DNA of 63,837 bases, filler included, from Welwitschia mirabilis (Eukaryota): the NCBI GenBank assembly GCA_051453625.1. It is 4 parts of one record of this genome, joined end to end, with 100 filler letters (N's around TTAATTAATTAA, not from the genome) between each part and the next. Parts side by side here need not be neighbours in the genome. Positions count along the whole stretch, not along the records: positions 19,750 to 41,636 come from JBOZIK010000001.1; 3 more parts are not named here. One strand, written 5' to 3'. This document shows positions 25,263-37,948 of the stretch, piece after piece. The notes under the pieces were generated by a model, which ran no database searches, was not told the origin of the DNA, and saw only the letters and a program-made list of their open reading frames with translations. Numbering within the stretch: position 1 is the stretch's first letter; every line of letters begins with the position of its first letter. The translations under genes and the position numbers were made by a program.

Positions 25263-28049
25263 TGAAGCATAGGATAAATCATTGTTTAATAAGTATTCAA
25301 TTTAAGGATGGTCAAAACCAATGAGCGATGCATCTAAAGACATAGATCATCTTTTTAGGTATGTAACTAAAAGAACAAGAAGCTTTGATATAAGGATATG
25401 TTCAAGCATGGCTTGTTACAAGCACTTTCACAAAATAATGCTTCATTTTATTTAAATAAATTTAGTTTAATAATAGAATCAATTCATAGTATTTTATGAA
25501 GATTTGTAAAGTTTGTTTACATACTACTATAATAGTATAAATTTTAGTATTTACAAATGTGATATTATATTGCATATGTAATAGCATTATGAAAATTGGT
25601 ATTTGATATTTTTTTAATGGCTAATAAATAATTCAAGGCTAGTTAATAAAAATAAATGTAATTAAGAGGAGGTAATGAGAATCAAGAAAAATATAACATA
25701 CAAAGATGGAAAACAAATTAGTGGCTATGAGTAGTGAACAATTAGTATCTTAATTAGTGAACAAAATTAATAAATAATTAATTAATATATAATTATAATC
25801 AAGATTAACTAAGTTATTAGTATATGGTATAATGAAATAAAATACACAAAAGTATCTCTAGAAATATCTAATGACAAAAGTATATGAGCATGGTCAAAGA
25901 GATGTAACATAAAGAAAGATGATAAGGCTTTGAAAAAGATGGGTAAAGAGATTATGTGAGAAAGATAAGTATGAAAAGATATTTCTAAAAAGGATAACAT
26001 ATGTAGAAAGTTCCCTTCCCCTCCCCCTCCCCCACCCCCCCAACAAAGTTTCAATATTCCAACTTTAATTCAACAATTTTCAATATTTTCAAAATTCCAG
26101 GTGAGAATGTAGAAGATACGAAACTAATATTTTACTAAAGATATAAAATATTTAAAGTTTAATTAATGGTAGACATTTAAAGGTCTAAAATATCTCCCCT
26201 TTCCAAGGCCTATGTATACCCATTCATCCCATTAACATAAACAACAAGACAAACTCCTAAGGTGGAACATCAAAGAAGAAGATCTTATATAAAGGTTATT
26301 TTATAGAACTATGTTAAATAATACCTATGTTATTTAGTAGATAACCTTATTATGTTACAAAAGACAATATTTCTTGTATAATGTAAATATTGTTATTGAT
26401 CTAAGGTTCTTGTAATAATAACTTTATTCCATTCGAAGTTAAAGACATCATAATATAATGTTATTTTCTCAGAGTTTCAATTATACTTATTAATGTTGAG
26501 TAGTCATATAAATGGATGAATGAAGATTCTAATTGCTACATGATGTAAACAAGTCAAAATCATCATTATAATGAGCTACCTATCTTCACCCATTTTCTTA
26601 TTACTAAAAATCTAAGAAGAATTCTTTTCTATATAAATATCCTTAACAAAAAACCGTCCGTTATTCCAACACAGTTAAAGCATTTCTTAAAGTCAACATA
26701 TTGTAGTGTACATGCAACCATTATAATGCCTTGTTATCAATTATAGAAAAGTTCCAAGTGACATTTTCCTTTGTTGTTAAGTATGTGTTAACTTACTTGG
26801 AAACCTTATTTATATGCCTTCCAAGGTTATACTTATAGTAAAAGTATTATACAAGAGGTTTAAACTTGTGTATAGTTGAAAATATGACCACCATTCACCT
26901 CTATGGTTTCATTGGTAGAGACAAGCTTCCACATACAATGTAAAGCATGACTAATGGAGTTGTTAATAGTGGTATATATTTAGTGGTAATTATGGTTAAG
27001 ATTTTTATTATGATAATAGCATCTATTTTTGGGTCCCTCATTGACCTTTCTGGTTACCTCTATGAGAAGAGGCTCCCACATAGTACATAAAGTGTAACGA
27101 AATAAAGACGAAATTAGTGGAGAGATTCCTACTATTAAGGTTATGGTATTCTTTGTTGTTCTAACCTTATGTGAAACCTCGTTCTTAAGTCATGACTTCT
27201 ACAACTCAAAAATGGATATCATTAATCAGTCATATTACTCACTATTTTCTTCTTGCTAATAATATATTATTGTATTTATATTCGTTCCTTAATCCTGACA
27301 TGAGTCATTATTAGAATGTGATGTGGCTAATACTAATTCTCATGTACTAAAGTTAGGAATATCTATAGGCAGTTCAAGGCTACATTATTGAACAATAACA
27401 ATGATGTAATTTCTATGTTGACATCATTTCTTCTTTAAGTGTGAGATTATGGGTGTTTTCTTATAATTATTATATTTATTATGTTACAAAGGATAATGGA
27501 AGTAATGGTTGAAAGTGTATTTGATTCTTATATTTAATTTGTTAATGTTACTTAACACAAAATGATTGCTAAAGATATTTGTTTGATTATTAAGATGGAT
27601 TTTGAAAATAATAATCAAGATAATAATTTTAACAAACAATGTAATCAGTATGAGTACATAATATGACTTGATCAATTTATTATTCACTAAGTATGCGATA
27701 GTACTCTTTTTGAATTATTGTGCTTCCCTAAGAACTAAATGTAATTCTAATGATTGAATGGCTTTTGTATTAATTTTTAAGCAAAATTTAAATTGTACTT
27801 ATATTTAGGGGTTTAATTAAGTTGGGTGTATTAAAACAAACATGCACCTTGGAGTAAATTTCTATAAAAATTTAATAAATGGCACTAGACTAATGACCAA
27901 AATAAAAAGCAAAAAAGGAGTACCAACCATGTAACTTTGAATGAAACAGCAACAACCAAATCAAGGAGAAATTCAGTAGAAAAATAATGTATTGTGACAT
28001 CTTTAAGAAAAGTGGATATCACAAAACTAATATTATAAAGCTTAACAGT

Positions 28050-30050
28050 ACAAGATTTATTTTAATCTCATTCGTACGAGAAGATGATTTAAATTTTGTT
28101 TTAAAGCAAGCTGTTATAATATATTGTCTCATCAAAAAGGAAGAAAAGAAATCTTTTGCACATTAATTGAATGGAATATTCTGACTACCTTCAAAGAATC
28201 TAACACTTGACTTCATGGCCCAAATTCGAAATATGTTATTCAAGCATCAAAGAATAGATTATGTTAACCTAAACACATTAAGTAGAGTAAAGGAAATCTT
28301 CGGTGAAATGCTTAGGTTTCAAAACCAAAAGCAATACTCTAGAGAAGTTGCTAAATGTGAGAAGAACATTTATTCTCATTTAAATACATAATGTAGGAAA
28401 AAAGAAAAAGATAAGAAACATGAATTAGTGCAATTGGGATGCATATATTTAATCCTTAATTGATGATTACTCTAGAATGATATCCAACTTATTTTCCAAA
28501 TAGTAAATAGTAAACAATGAATAAATCATCCCTTAAAAGGGTTATGGATTAACAAAGTAGAAAAATATCTATCGAATGAATTCAAGATGAAACTAGATCA
28601 ACTAGTAATCAAGTATAAATTAACACTCTCATATACTTCACAACTAGATAATGTAATAAAAAGAAAAAATTAAACAATCGTGAAAATGATAATATCCATG
28701 ATGTACAAAACCAAAATTCTTATTTATGGATAGAAGTAGTTACAATTGTTATATACTTATAGATCATGTTATAAATATGAATTCAAAAAGGAGAAACACC
28801 CATTAGCATATGATTTAGCACATGAAACATGTTGGTCCATATATGAATTTTTTGTAACAAATATTTCATTCACATCCATGACTAACAACAAATAATCTAG
28901 AAAATAATATGAAAATTTAATGGCTATTTCAGTCCTTTACATAAAATAAAAGTTATTAAGATTAACATACTATCAAAAAATGTCTTCCAGAGGGCTGAAT
29001 GGAAGGTTGAATGGAGGGCAATGTGTTGGCTACTACAGAGGCTTCCCAGATCAGATCCAAAATACATGAGAAGCTAGAAACAACTTGTATTATTTCATCT
29101 CTGCATAATCAAATATGATTCGCTAAACTTTCAGTGCTACATCCGGATTGGAAGTCCTTAGAATAGAGTTGCTCTGAGATACTAGTCCTCCCTCCACAAG
29201 CCTGGGAGAAATCAATTTTTCAAAATGTAAGTTATTATTTCAAGAGATGTGATTTGAATGGACACATTATAGTTTGCAAATAAAGGAAATCACAAATAGA
29301 AGATGTAAATTTATTCTTTGACCAAAGGGAGATAACTCCAAAGGTTGTTCACAAGTAGAAATTAATCTAAAAAGATTAATAATGCTCATAAAATATTTGA
29401 AACCTAGAGAAAATGTAGTGCATAATAAAATTAGCAATGCATCTCAAACTATAAGAAAACTATGTTCAATTCAAATAAATGAAATCATAAGGAATGTAAA
29501 AATGTGGGATAACTTTAAAACTTCAAAATTAAAAGGAATGAAAGAAATATCTAAGTTGTTGATAAAGAACAAAACTTAACAACAATGAAATCACAAAGTA
29601 ACTAATAGATACTTAAATGGGTATCTCAAATAACATACAATAAAGAAAAAATAAAAAAACCTTTATACCAATAGAAAATATATAAGTATTTTATGTTATT
29701 TCATTATTTACTATGTAATATGGATGGAAGATTTGGAAGTAGAAATCTTTATCATACAATGTTAGGTCAAGTAACTACAGATCATGAAAGTTTAGTACAT
29801 AAACTAAGAAAATCCTTACATGGTTAAGAACAAGATGATCCAACCTATTTTACAAAAAGGAATGGCTTCTTGCCACACATGGGTTTTCAAGAGATTGTGT
29901 GTAGATCCCAATCTAGATCCCAATCTATGTAAGAAATGATAAGACACTGTGTAAGAAAGTCATCCTAGTCATGCTATGTATTGATAACACTATCATCCTA
30001 GGAAGCACAAAACCATAATTGGGAAAACAACAAACACCTCTAGTTAAAAT
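28050..30050 (+). mobile_element. Very old Ty1/copia pol remnant
   Basis: Residual motifs SYLWIEVVTIVIYL (FWAEAV), KVIISRDV, LVHKLRKSLHG (KLRKSLYG) and LCIDNTIILGS (LYVDD). Confidence 0.55.
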
Positions 30051-31592
30051 GTTAGCACAAAACTAGTTATCGAGCTTAACGTATCATATAGTTGATTAAA
30101 TCCCTGATCGTTAGGAATAAGCTTCAAAGTCTTAGGTTTGAGCCTTGTGATATATAGATTAGCGTGTGCTTCTACTCATGTATTAAAGGTGTACTCAACC
30201 TAAGCTTTAATCTTTTGGGTACACATATAGGAGAGAAATGGACATTGAATGACTAACTCCTAAATTGACATGGATCATTCATGCATGTTCATTAGGTCAA
30301 GCAGAGCATTCACTTAGTGAGTGTGGGTCAATTTCTTATTAATTAACTTCTTCTTCTTCTTGAGGGGGAAAAAATTATAAAAAGATAAATAATATTATTT
30401 TTCATGCATTGTATTTCTATATCGTATTTGTAAATCATATTAATTGTAATTAAAAAGAGTCTAGACAAGAGCATTGAAAGGTTTGTTCTTCATTTCAATC
30501 TTTTGTTTTCCTTTTTTTGTTTTGTTGGCTTGAAAATTTAGATTCTTATTTTCTTAAACTAAGCTTTGTAAGATAAAACATCTCCTATTACATTTACTCT
30601 TTTGTTTAGATGCTACCTCAACAATATGCAATATATTAATGTATATATTATGAAATCATGTATAACATTTATGGAGGTCTTAATTACATATGAACATTCA
30701 TTAAAACTTGAGTTACTATGAATGGTGTTGTCATATTAACAATTGCTCTTATCATATTAACAATTTTATTATGCCTTCTTTATGTACAAAAATAAAAGAA
30801 CACAAAGTGTGGTAAACCAAAAAAGGCCCAAGCTATATTTTAACACAAAAACATAAATATATCAAAATAGGTGTAGACACTATAGCTTTTCATATATATT
30901 ACTTTTGTTAAGTTGAGGGATATGTTGTCATATAATTGAATTTATGTAGAAAATAACTAGCAAGTTAAAAGAAGAAAAATGTCATAACTCTAAAACTAAG
31001 AAATCCATTATTAAAAAAGGAAATTCTCTAGTGCTTTTGCAGTGCAATAATAAAGGCCATTCATTTTTCAACCATTTTTAGGCATGACAATAATGGTACA
31101 AAATTGTATATTCCAATAATGATAGTTGTAAACGCTTAAATGTTCTTATTGAGACATTTTTGAGAAATTGAACTCACAACCACAAAGTCATAGGAGCACT
31201 ACTCTATCGATAAGATAAGAACATAGTCCTAGACACCTAAATGTCAACAAGTTATAACCAGTAAAATCATCTCTTTATTATCCAATTACTCTATGAATGT
31301 TGAACAAGTCTACTAGATTAAAGATCAATAGCTAAAAAGAAAGATTTTTTAAGAAATTGATTGACAGAAACTATATTGAACTAGTCAAAATTTTTGGTTT
31401 AATTGACTGCATGAATATTCATAAGTGACCTAAGAGCTAACTATAAACTGACTAATTCTTACTGTTACTTGTACCCAAAGTGTCAAAGCTCACACCTCAT
31501 AAATATAAGCAACACTAAATTTGTTAATGTATATATATTAACACACATTAAAACAGTACCAAAATAGTTTCAAGATTTTTACTCAAATAAAA

Positions 31593-32332
31593 AAGTTGGT
31601 ATCTTGACCAAGTTGGTATGTTGACCAGCGGGTTATGACGTCACTGGACAAGAAGCGGAACTGGTCAACGCTAAAATTTCCTTGTGGGAATCGCCAATTC
31701 CGGAACCCTAAAAATCATCGAAATTGAGTTTGAGTTGAAGAAACGATTTAATACGAGAGCTGTAATAAAAGGCAAGTCACTTGCCGGCCGAGGTAGGTCA
31801 ATGTTCATCAGACTCCAGTATCCCACTCTGAAACATCCGAAAATGCGTCGCGGACTGAAATTCAAATTCTTGGTATTTGTGGTTGTGGCAAAATCCGCAG
31901 GCCAACAACAAACTTCTGAAAAAAATATTAATAAGGAGATGCACGGCAGGGAGCGTTCGGGTTAGGCGAGAGGAGATACGAGATATATTGTTTGCAGAGA
32001 CACCACATTTGTTGGTTGGATTGGATGCCTAACACTCTCTCTCTATGAAAGAGATGCGGAAGCAAAATTAATTGAGACATTTACTGGTAATCCGCTGAAT
32101 CTCGATACGTGGCAAGGTCTTTCCTGCGGGCCATTAACGCCACAACTGCACGCAGGCAGTGGCTTGTTCGCTTGGACTTGCAGAAGGAAGGAGAGACAAG
32201 AAACGGAATGCAAGTGAAGGGAGGAGACTTAACTTTGGAGTGGAATTGGGTTATTGCAGGTTTTTAAGAGACAACGCCAAGTGAAAGTGAAGTGCAGTGC
32301 AGTAAGTAAAAGTTGATGCGGAGGAGGCGGAG
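31593..32332 (+). promoter_or_regulatory. Putative promoter / 5' UTR of the BODYGUARD-like gene (start of CpG-retaining island)
   Basis: Abrupt rise in GC and CpG near 31620. 17-bp tandem duplication 31593-31626; TGACGTCA at 31636-31643; ABRE-type ACGTGGC at 32107-32113. The TSS was not determined. Confidence 0.45.
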
Positions 32333-32930
32333 ATGGCATGGCAGAAGAGGTTGCGGGATGGTTTTCTGAAAGTCTTAGTGGGATTTCTGAGCTTTTTGGT
32401 GTTCGGCTTCTTCGATATTTTGGACCCCGTTCTGTGCATCGTTTATAAGATTGTTGATTATGTTGTTGAAGCTGAATGGAAGGCCTGTTACTGTTATTCT
32501 TCTTCTTATCAGCCGAGGAAAACATCTGTTAATGGCGATGAGGATTTCTGCAGCAGACGCATTGTTCTGGACTCTGCAGACACAAAAATTGTCTGTCATT
32601 GTCTTCCCGAGGACGGAGAAATGTCGGAGACGCTTTTCCTCAGGAAGTCTGTTGTGCGGGAAATTGTTAAATTGTTTTTGAGGAGGAGGGAAGCAAAGAT
32701 TTTCCCTGCGTTTACTGTGCAACCCGCCATTGTTGAAGGCCTGCACAAATCTAATGGTTATAATCAGAAGCAGAAGAAGAGTAAGAGAAGGGAGAAGAAT
32801 GGCGGTGATAGATTTGCAGAAGAGATTGTTTGTAGAGAACCGCGGTGGTCCGACTGTAACTGCGACACCTGCGCTTCCTGGCGATCGAATTCCAAGGAGA
32901 GTCTCTTCTGCAAGATCCAGGGCATTTCTG
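32333..32930 (+). CDS. BDG: BODYGUARD-like alpha/beta-hydrolase (putative lysophospholipase, cuticle formation), exon 1
   Basis: FLSFLVFGFFDILDPVLCIVYKIVDYVVEAEWKACYC...SETLF...RWSDCNCDTCASW is the characteristic BDG N-terminal region. Phase-1 donor G|GTGGGT. Confidence 0.92.
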
Positions 32931-33744
32931 GTGGGTTTACTTGCATTTATCGTATTTCGTTGCTTATAAAATTTTCAGAAAACTTAAGATACATCAAATC
33001 GACTAAAGACGTTGCTAAAAATTCAAGACCAATACTCTGATAATTGAGAAACTCAGAGCTAACACGATAACCATGCTTCCATTTTTGTCTTCTGGAACTT
33101 ATTTCTTCAACTTTGGTTTTCGATGGCTTGACTCAGTAAATGTATTTCTCAGAACCGTCCGAAATTCTCTTTATTTTGCTAAACTTTGTTTTCCGTTAGT
33201 TATGAAAAGCTGCCCGTGCAAGCTTCAGAGCTTTGCATCCGCTTTCAAAGTCTGGGCATCGTTCGTTGCTTCAAAAATATTTGCTTGAAAAGATCAGAAG
33301 CTGTCTGAAGATACGTTCAGATTGCCGAAATAACGACACCTTCAGTTGCTTACAGTCTTAATCTAAGCCGAAAGCCAATTCCAACTTTCCAGTGATCATC
33401 CCAGGGAAGAAAAACTGAAAGTCGTGTAACTGATATGTGATAAGGTCTTCTTCTGCTTCGCTCAAAACCCTAATCCGCCATCTCAGTCTTTTACATCCAC
33501 CTCCGACTAAGCCTGTAAATGCCAACACTCAAAACATTTGGTTAAGCCCTCTGATGCGTCTCCTGAGAACTCTCCGCTTTGAACACGTAAATGAAAACTG
33601 TAAGCTAATTACTCATATCTGAGCCTGCAAATCACGCTTGAAAAACTAAAGAAAACATTTGATTGCACTCTCATTTCTCCATTTACTATTTCCGCTCTAA
33701 ATTTGACGCAGGATAATCTCATTTTTCATCAAAATTCTTTACAG

Positions 33745-34091
33745 GGAATGCGAAGGAGATCACAGAAGGCGCGACGGACGTGCTGTTCATCCACGGCTTC
33801 ATTTCATCGTCAACATTTTGGACGGAAACGCTCTTTCCAAACTTCTCGGAGGACGCCAAAAGCAGTTACAGGTTAATAGCCGTCGATCTGCTGGGCTTCG
33901 GCCGCAGCCCTAAACCGCGTGACTCCATGTACACGCTGGACGAACACGTGGACATGCTAGTGACGTCAGTGCTGAGGCCTCACCGAATCAGATCCTTCCA
34001 CGTCGTCGCCCACTCCCTCGGCTGCATTATCGCCCTCGCGCTCGCCGCCCGCTTCCCCGACGCCGTCAAATCTCTAACGCTTGTCGCTCCG
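33745..34091 (+). CDS. BDG: BODYGUARD-like hydrolase, exon 2
   Basis: Acceptor TTTACAG| keeps frame. DVLFIHGFISSSTFWTETLFPNF, AVDLLGFGRSPKP, nucleophile motif VAHSLG; donor CCG|GTAATG. Confidence 0.95.
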
Positions 34092-34211
34092 GTAATGTAC
34101 GCCCATCCCTTAAATTTTTTCCCAAATTTTTAAAAACAAAATTATAATGAAAAAAGTGTGAAATTAAATGAAATTGAAATTGAAATTGAAATTGAGATGA
34201 ACGAAACGCAG

Positions 34212-34417
34212 CCATATTTTCCAGTGCCGGAAGAGCACAAGGGAAGGGGGAGTGGGTACGTGTTGAGACAGCTGGCGCCGAGGAAAGTGTGGCCGTTGAT
34301 TGCGTTGGGGGCGTCGATGGCGTCGTGGTATGAGCACGTGAGTCGCACCATCTGTCTCCTCATCTGCAAACACCATCGCTTCTGGGACTCCCTCTTCCGC
34401 TTCCTCACCTTCAATAG
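34212..34417 (+). CDS. BDG: BODYGUARD-like hydrolase, exon 3
   Basis: Acceptor GCAG|; PYFPVP...LAPRKVWPLIALGASMASWYEHVSRTICLLICKHHRFW; phase-2 donor AG|GTAATT. Confidence 0.93.
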
Positions 34418-35269
34418 GTAATTCTCTTGAGAGTTCTTTCTTTATTTAAATTATTTTTAGATTTTTTAAAATTTTAAAATTAGTTTGACTATTATATATA
34501 ATATGCTAAATAACTTACATTAGCTAAAATAATTTCCATGATCGTATAGCGTTTACACCCACAAATGATGTTTTCCATTTATAAAAAATTGTAATATTTA
34601 GTGATTACATGTTCTCAAGGAAAAATCTCTCAATCAATCATGTAAATTCAAAAACTTTATGACAGATAAAATAAATTTAAAAAATTCAAGAATATTGTAT
34701 TATGAGTTTTTAAGCTAAGAAACAGTTGAATATTTAAAAAATGTTAAATAAAAAAAGTTAGAAATCCCATGTAAGGCTTCTAAAATGTTTTTTTGAGTAA
34801 AGCTAACCTTATATTAATCAAAATGGAAGAGCATTACAGCAAAGCTAAAAAGAATTACATAGAGAAAGACAGTATCTTCAAAGGGAAATAGTGAAAATGA
34901 AGGGATTAGCCATGAGAGTCTTTCTAAGTTCTATAGTGTGAAGTGTCTTGGAGTTCAAAGCCCATAAAATTTTAAAAATTAAAATATACTCATTTTTAAA
35001 AATATATTTGCTAACCATCAAGTCAAGTAAATCAATGTCATGTGAAAGTGCTATAATTCTTATGAATTAACTTCTTTTATATAAAATGTATTCACATGTT
35101 TAAAAAATTTTTAGAACATATACTAAAATTCTCTTACACATTTACATTAATATTCTAGGAGAATTTCAAACTTCAAACTTTTAGTGTTATACCTCTCTTT
35201 GAATATATAGCCATTATGATCTTCCAAATTAATGGTTTAACTACACTTATAGCCTCATAAAATGTTAAG

Positions 35270-35900
35270 GCATTTAAAGGTTCAAAACCTCCTAAATGGA
35301 GTATGAGTATTCCAATCCTTACACTATGATATTAATTTTAAAACTTCTAGTGACCAAGCTTCACCTAAGAGCACAACTACTATCATTGCCTACATGAATA
35401 ATTTAATCTTGCTAAGGTCTTATAATGTGCTAAGTGGAGCATCCAAAGATTCAAGTTCATGAGCTTCTAAATGGAAAATAAGTGTCCGACCTATTCGACT
35501 TACATGCCATTAGTATTTATTTTCTATTGATATTCTACTTATAATAATGAATTAGTTATGTAAGATTTTATTCTTTAATAAATGTTAAATCTTTTATAAT
35601 TTTAAATTATAATTTTATTAGTATTTTTAGAGTGTTATAACCTATAGGAAATTACCTAATAACTAAGCTTTTTCTAGCATTGTAGTTCTTTATGCATTTT
35701 AACTTTATTTTTATTTTAGGGCTATTAGAATTTGAGACTTTGCACGGTGATGCCTAATTGAGAGTATAGTCACCATTTTCATTTAAATAAATGATTTAAT
35801 TATGCCTAGGGCCTTATAGTGTACAAAATGGTGCACGTAAAGGTCTAAACTTATGACTTCTCGTATGGAGGACAACTATCCCAAATTAGTACTATGCAAT
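35270..35900 (-). mobile_element. Three decayed tRNA-like SINE heads in BDG intron 3 (same family at 14222-14285 + and 18315-18372 -)
   Basis: Shared core resembling GGAYACTCATCCTCCAT-n-AGRAGGTCATGGGTT at ~35275-35328, ~35448-35508 and ~35840-35897. Confidence 0.55.
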
Positions 35901-36335
35901 AACAAATTAAGTTGAATTTAAAAAATAAATAGTTACTTAACAATCCTTAACAATTAAGTAAGGATAAGAATAATAATAGTATTATTTCAACATTATAAAC
36001 ATTTGAATTTTTAATTTTAAGAATTGGAGTTATATTTTAATGGTAGAGCGGCGCTCTCTTGACTTTGTGATTGTGAGGTCAATTTTATAATATAAATTTC
36101 TGATTTTAAAGTTACTTCCTCTATTTTTTAAATATTAGAATCTATTTATAAAGGGGTAAGTCCCTTCTCAAAAAGAAAAGCCAAATACTCAATTAATAAT
36201 TTTTGGATGTGTTACTGAAAATAGATAATTAAGGTCAATAGCTTGGTTGGATGAAACTGATGAAGCTATGCCTTGAGCAACCCTTTTGTAAACTTAATTA
36301 TTTAATTAAGAAATTGCAATGTACATCTGTTTTAG

Positions 36336-36657
36336 GGTAAGGACATATCTGATAGACGGATTCATGTGCCACACGCACCATGCGGCCTGGCACACTCTGC
36401 ACAACGTCATCTGCGGCACGGCCACCAGGATGGAGGACATGATAGACCAAGTGCGGAGCATGCGGTGCAGCGTGAGCATATACCACGGCCTGGACGACGA
36501 GCTGTTGCCGGCAAGCTGCAGCAGAGCCCTCAAGTCCAGAATAGCACACGCTCGTCTCAAGATCATCCCCAACACCGACCACCTCACCATCGTTGTCCGC
36601 AGGCAACACACCTTCGCCAAAGAGCTGGAGCACATTTGGAAACATTCCAACCGTTAA
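36336..36657 (+). CDS. BDG: BODYGUARD-like hydrolase, exon 4
   Basis: Acceptor TTTTAG|; YLIDGFMCHTHHAAWHTLHNVICG...IYHGLDDELLP...DHLTIV (catalytic Asp/His region); TAA at 36655-36657. Spliced CDS is 1473 nt, 490 aa. Confidence 0.95.
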
Positions 36658-37948
36658 TCTCATTTCCATTACAACATTTATCTTAAATCAAACAAAACAA
36701 AAACAAAAACAAAAACAAAAACACACTTTAGAATTAAAGGATGTTTATGTTATGGTATTTGTGAAAAGGGAATGCATTTGGCCTTCATATCAGTGTAATT
36801 GCCATCATCACTTTCCTCCACTTTTCCTTCTTTAATTGTATTTTTGTGAGCCCATAAATGTTTTTGGATGACTTCTGTCTGGCCTCTTAAAAGTATCAAG
36901 AAGAATAATCATTTCCAAGGTCCCTTGTAAGAGGGATTTGGGAGGATTCCCTTGTAAATGAGATGGTTTCTTTAAAAGTAAATTGCTAAAATTTAATAGT
37001 ATGTTAGCCTTGGTTTTGCCTTGTTAATAGAGGGACTATCCTTATTTGTAGTGAACAATTTTTAATGATTGACTTCCCCACCCTCATTTGTAGCAAACAC
37101 TATTTAAAGTAGTTTGTAAAAGTATAGTTCTTTAGAATCCTTAAGTATTGTTTGGCGTGGTTATAACATGTTATATGACTCTTGTTTACTTTAATAAATG
37201 TTTAATTAAAAAGATTGAAAACTATATAAATCATTGAAATGTCAAAACCATATTTATTTGTAGTCAACAAGAATTCAATGTTATATTTAGAAGTATAACT
37301 TGATGGGATTCTTAAATATTGTTTGACGTAGTTAAAGCATTGGATATGGTTCTTAACATAATATAATAAAGCTAGAGAGGTCATTGAAATGTCCAATACA
37401 ATAGCAAAAAGAACTAGAAGTGGTATTCCACCCTACCTTTTTTTTCCATCAACATGATTTCTTCACTAACTAAGCAATTCTTTTCTCATAAATTTCAACT
37501 TCTGTATTTGTTCCTAATAACCGTTGGAATGCCTATTTCTTTCCTAAGAGAGTTATTCACTCATAAATTCTATAGATCTTTAGTATGTCACTTTGGTTTT
37601 CCTTTAAAATCAAAAGAAATTGATAGTCACCAAAATCCTTAATATTGGTTTTTTAGAAACATCCGATATAAAGAACACCTACTTTAGAATTATAATAATA
37701 ATATTTAATAGTGAGTTGGCCTTTGATTTTCACTTCTAGATAGCAAGATTACTATTAGTTGTTGTAAATACAAATCACATACTACTTTCATATAAAAGAT
37801 AACATTTTTACAATTTTTAAATATATTATCATTTGACATTGTCATGTCATGGAATGTAATTTTTATTTTCTTATAAAGGTATGAAAAACAAAGAAAATTA
37901 AAAAGATGATGCTGAACTTAATATTTTTAGTGATCACACATTCTTATG

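Noticed and set aside
26450-27450. Possible minus-strand copia gag/protease relic
   Set aside because: Too degenerate to recover diagnostic motifs by eye.
31684-31965. 93-aa ORF upstream of BDG
   Set aside because: Non-ATG start and no recognisable homology; expected by chance in a GC-richer promoter.
36040-36085. Possible tRNA gene
   Set aside because: No complete cloverleaf or intact box B; treated as a SINE-head relic.
32229-36669. Antisense and alternate-frame ORFs overlapping BDG exons
   Set aside because: Shadow ORFs of GC-rich coding sequence.
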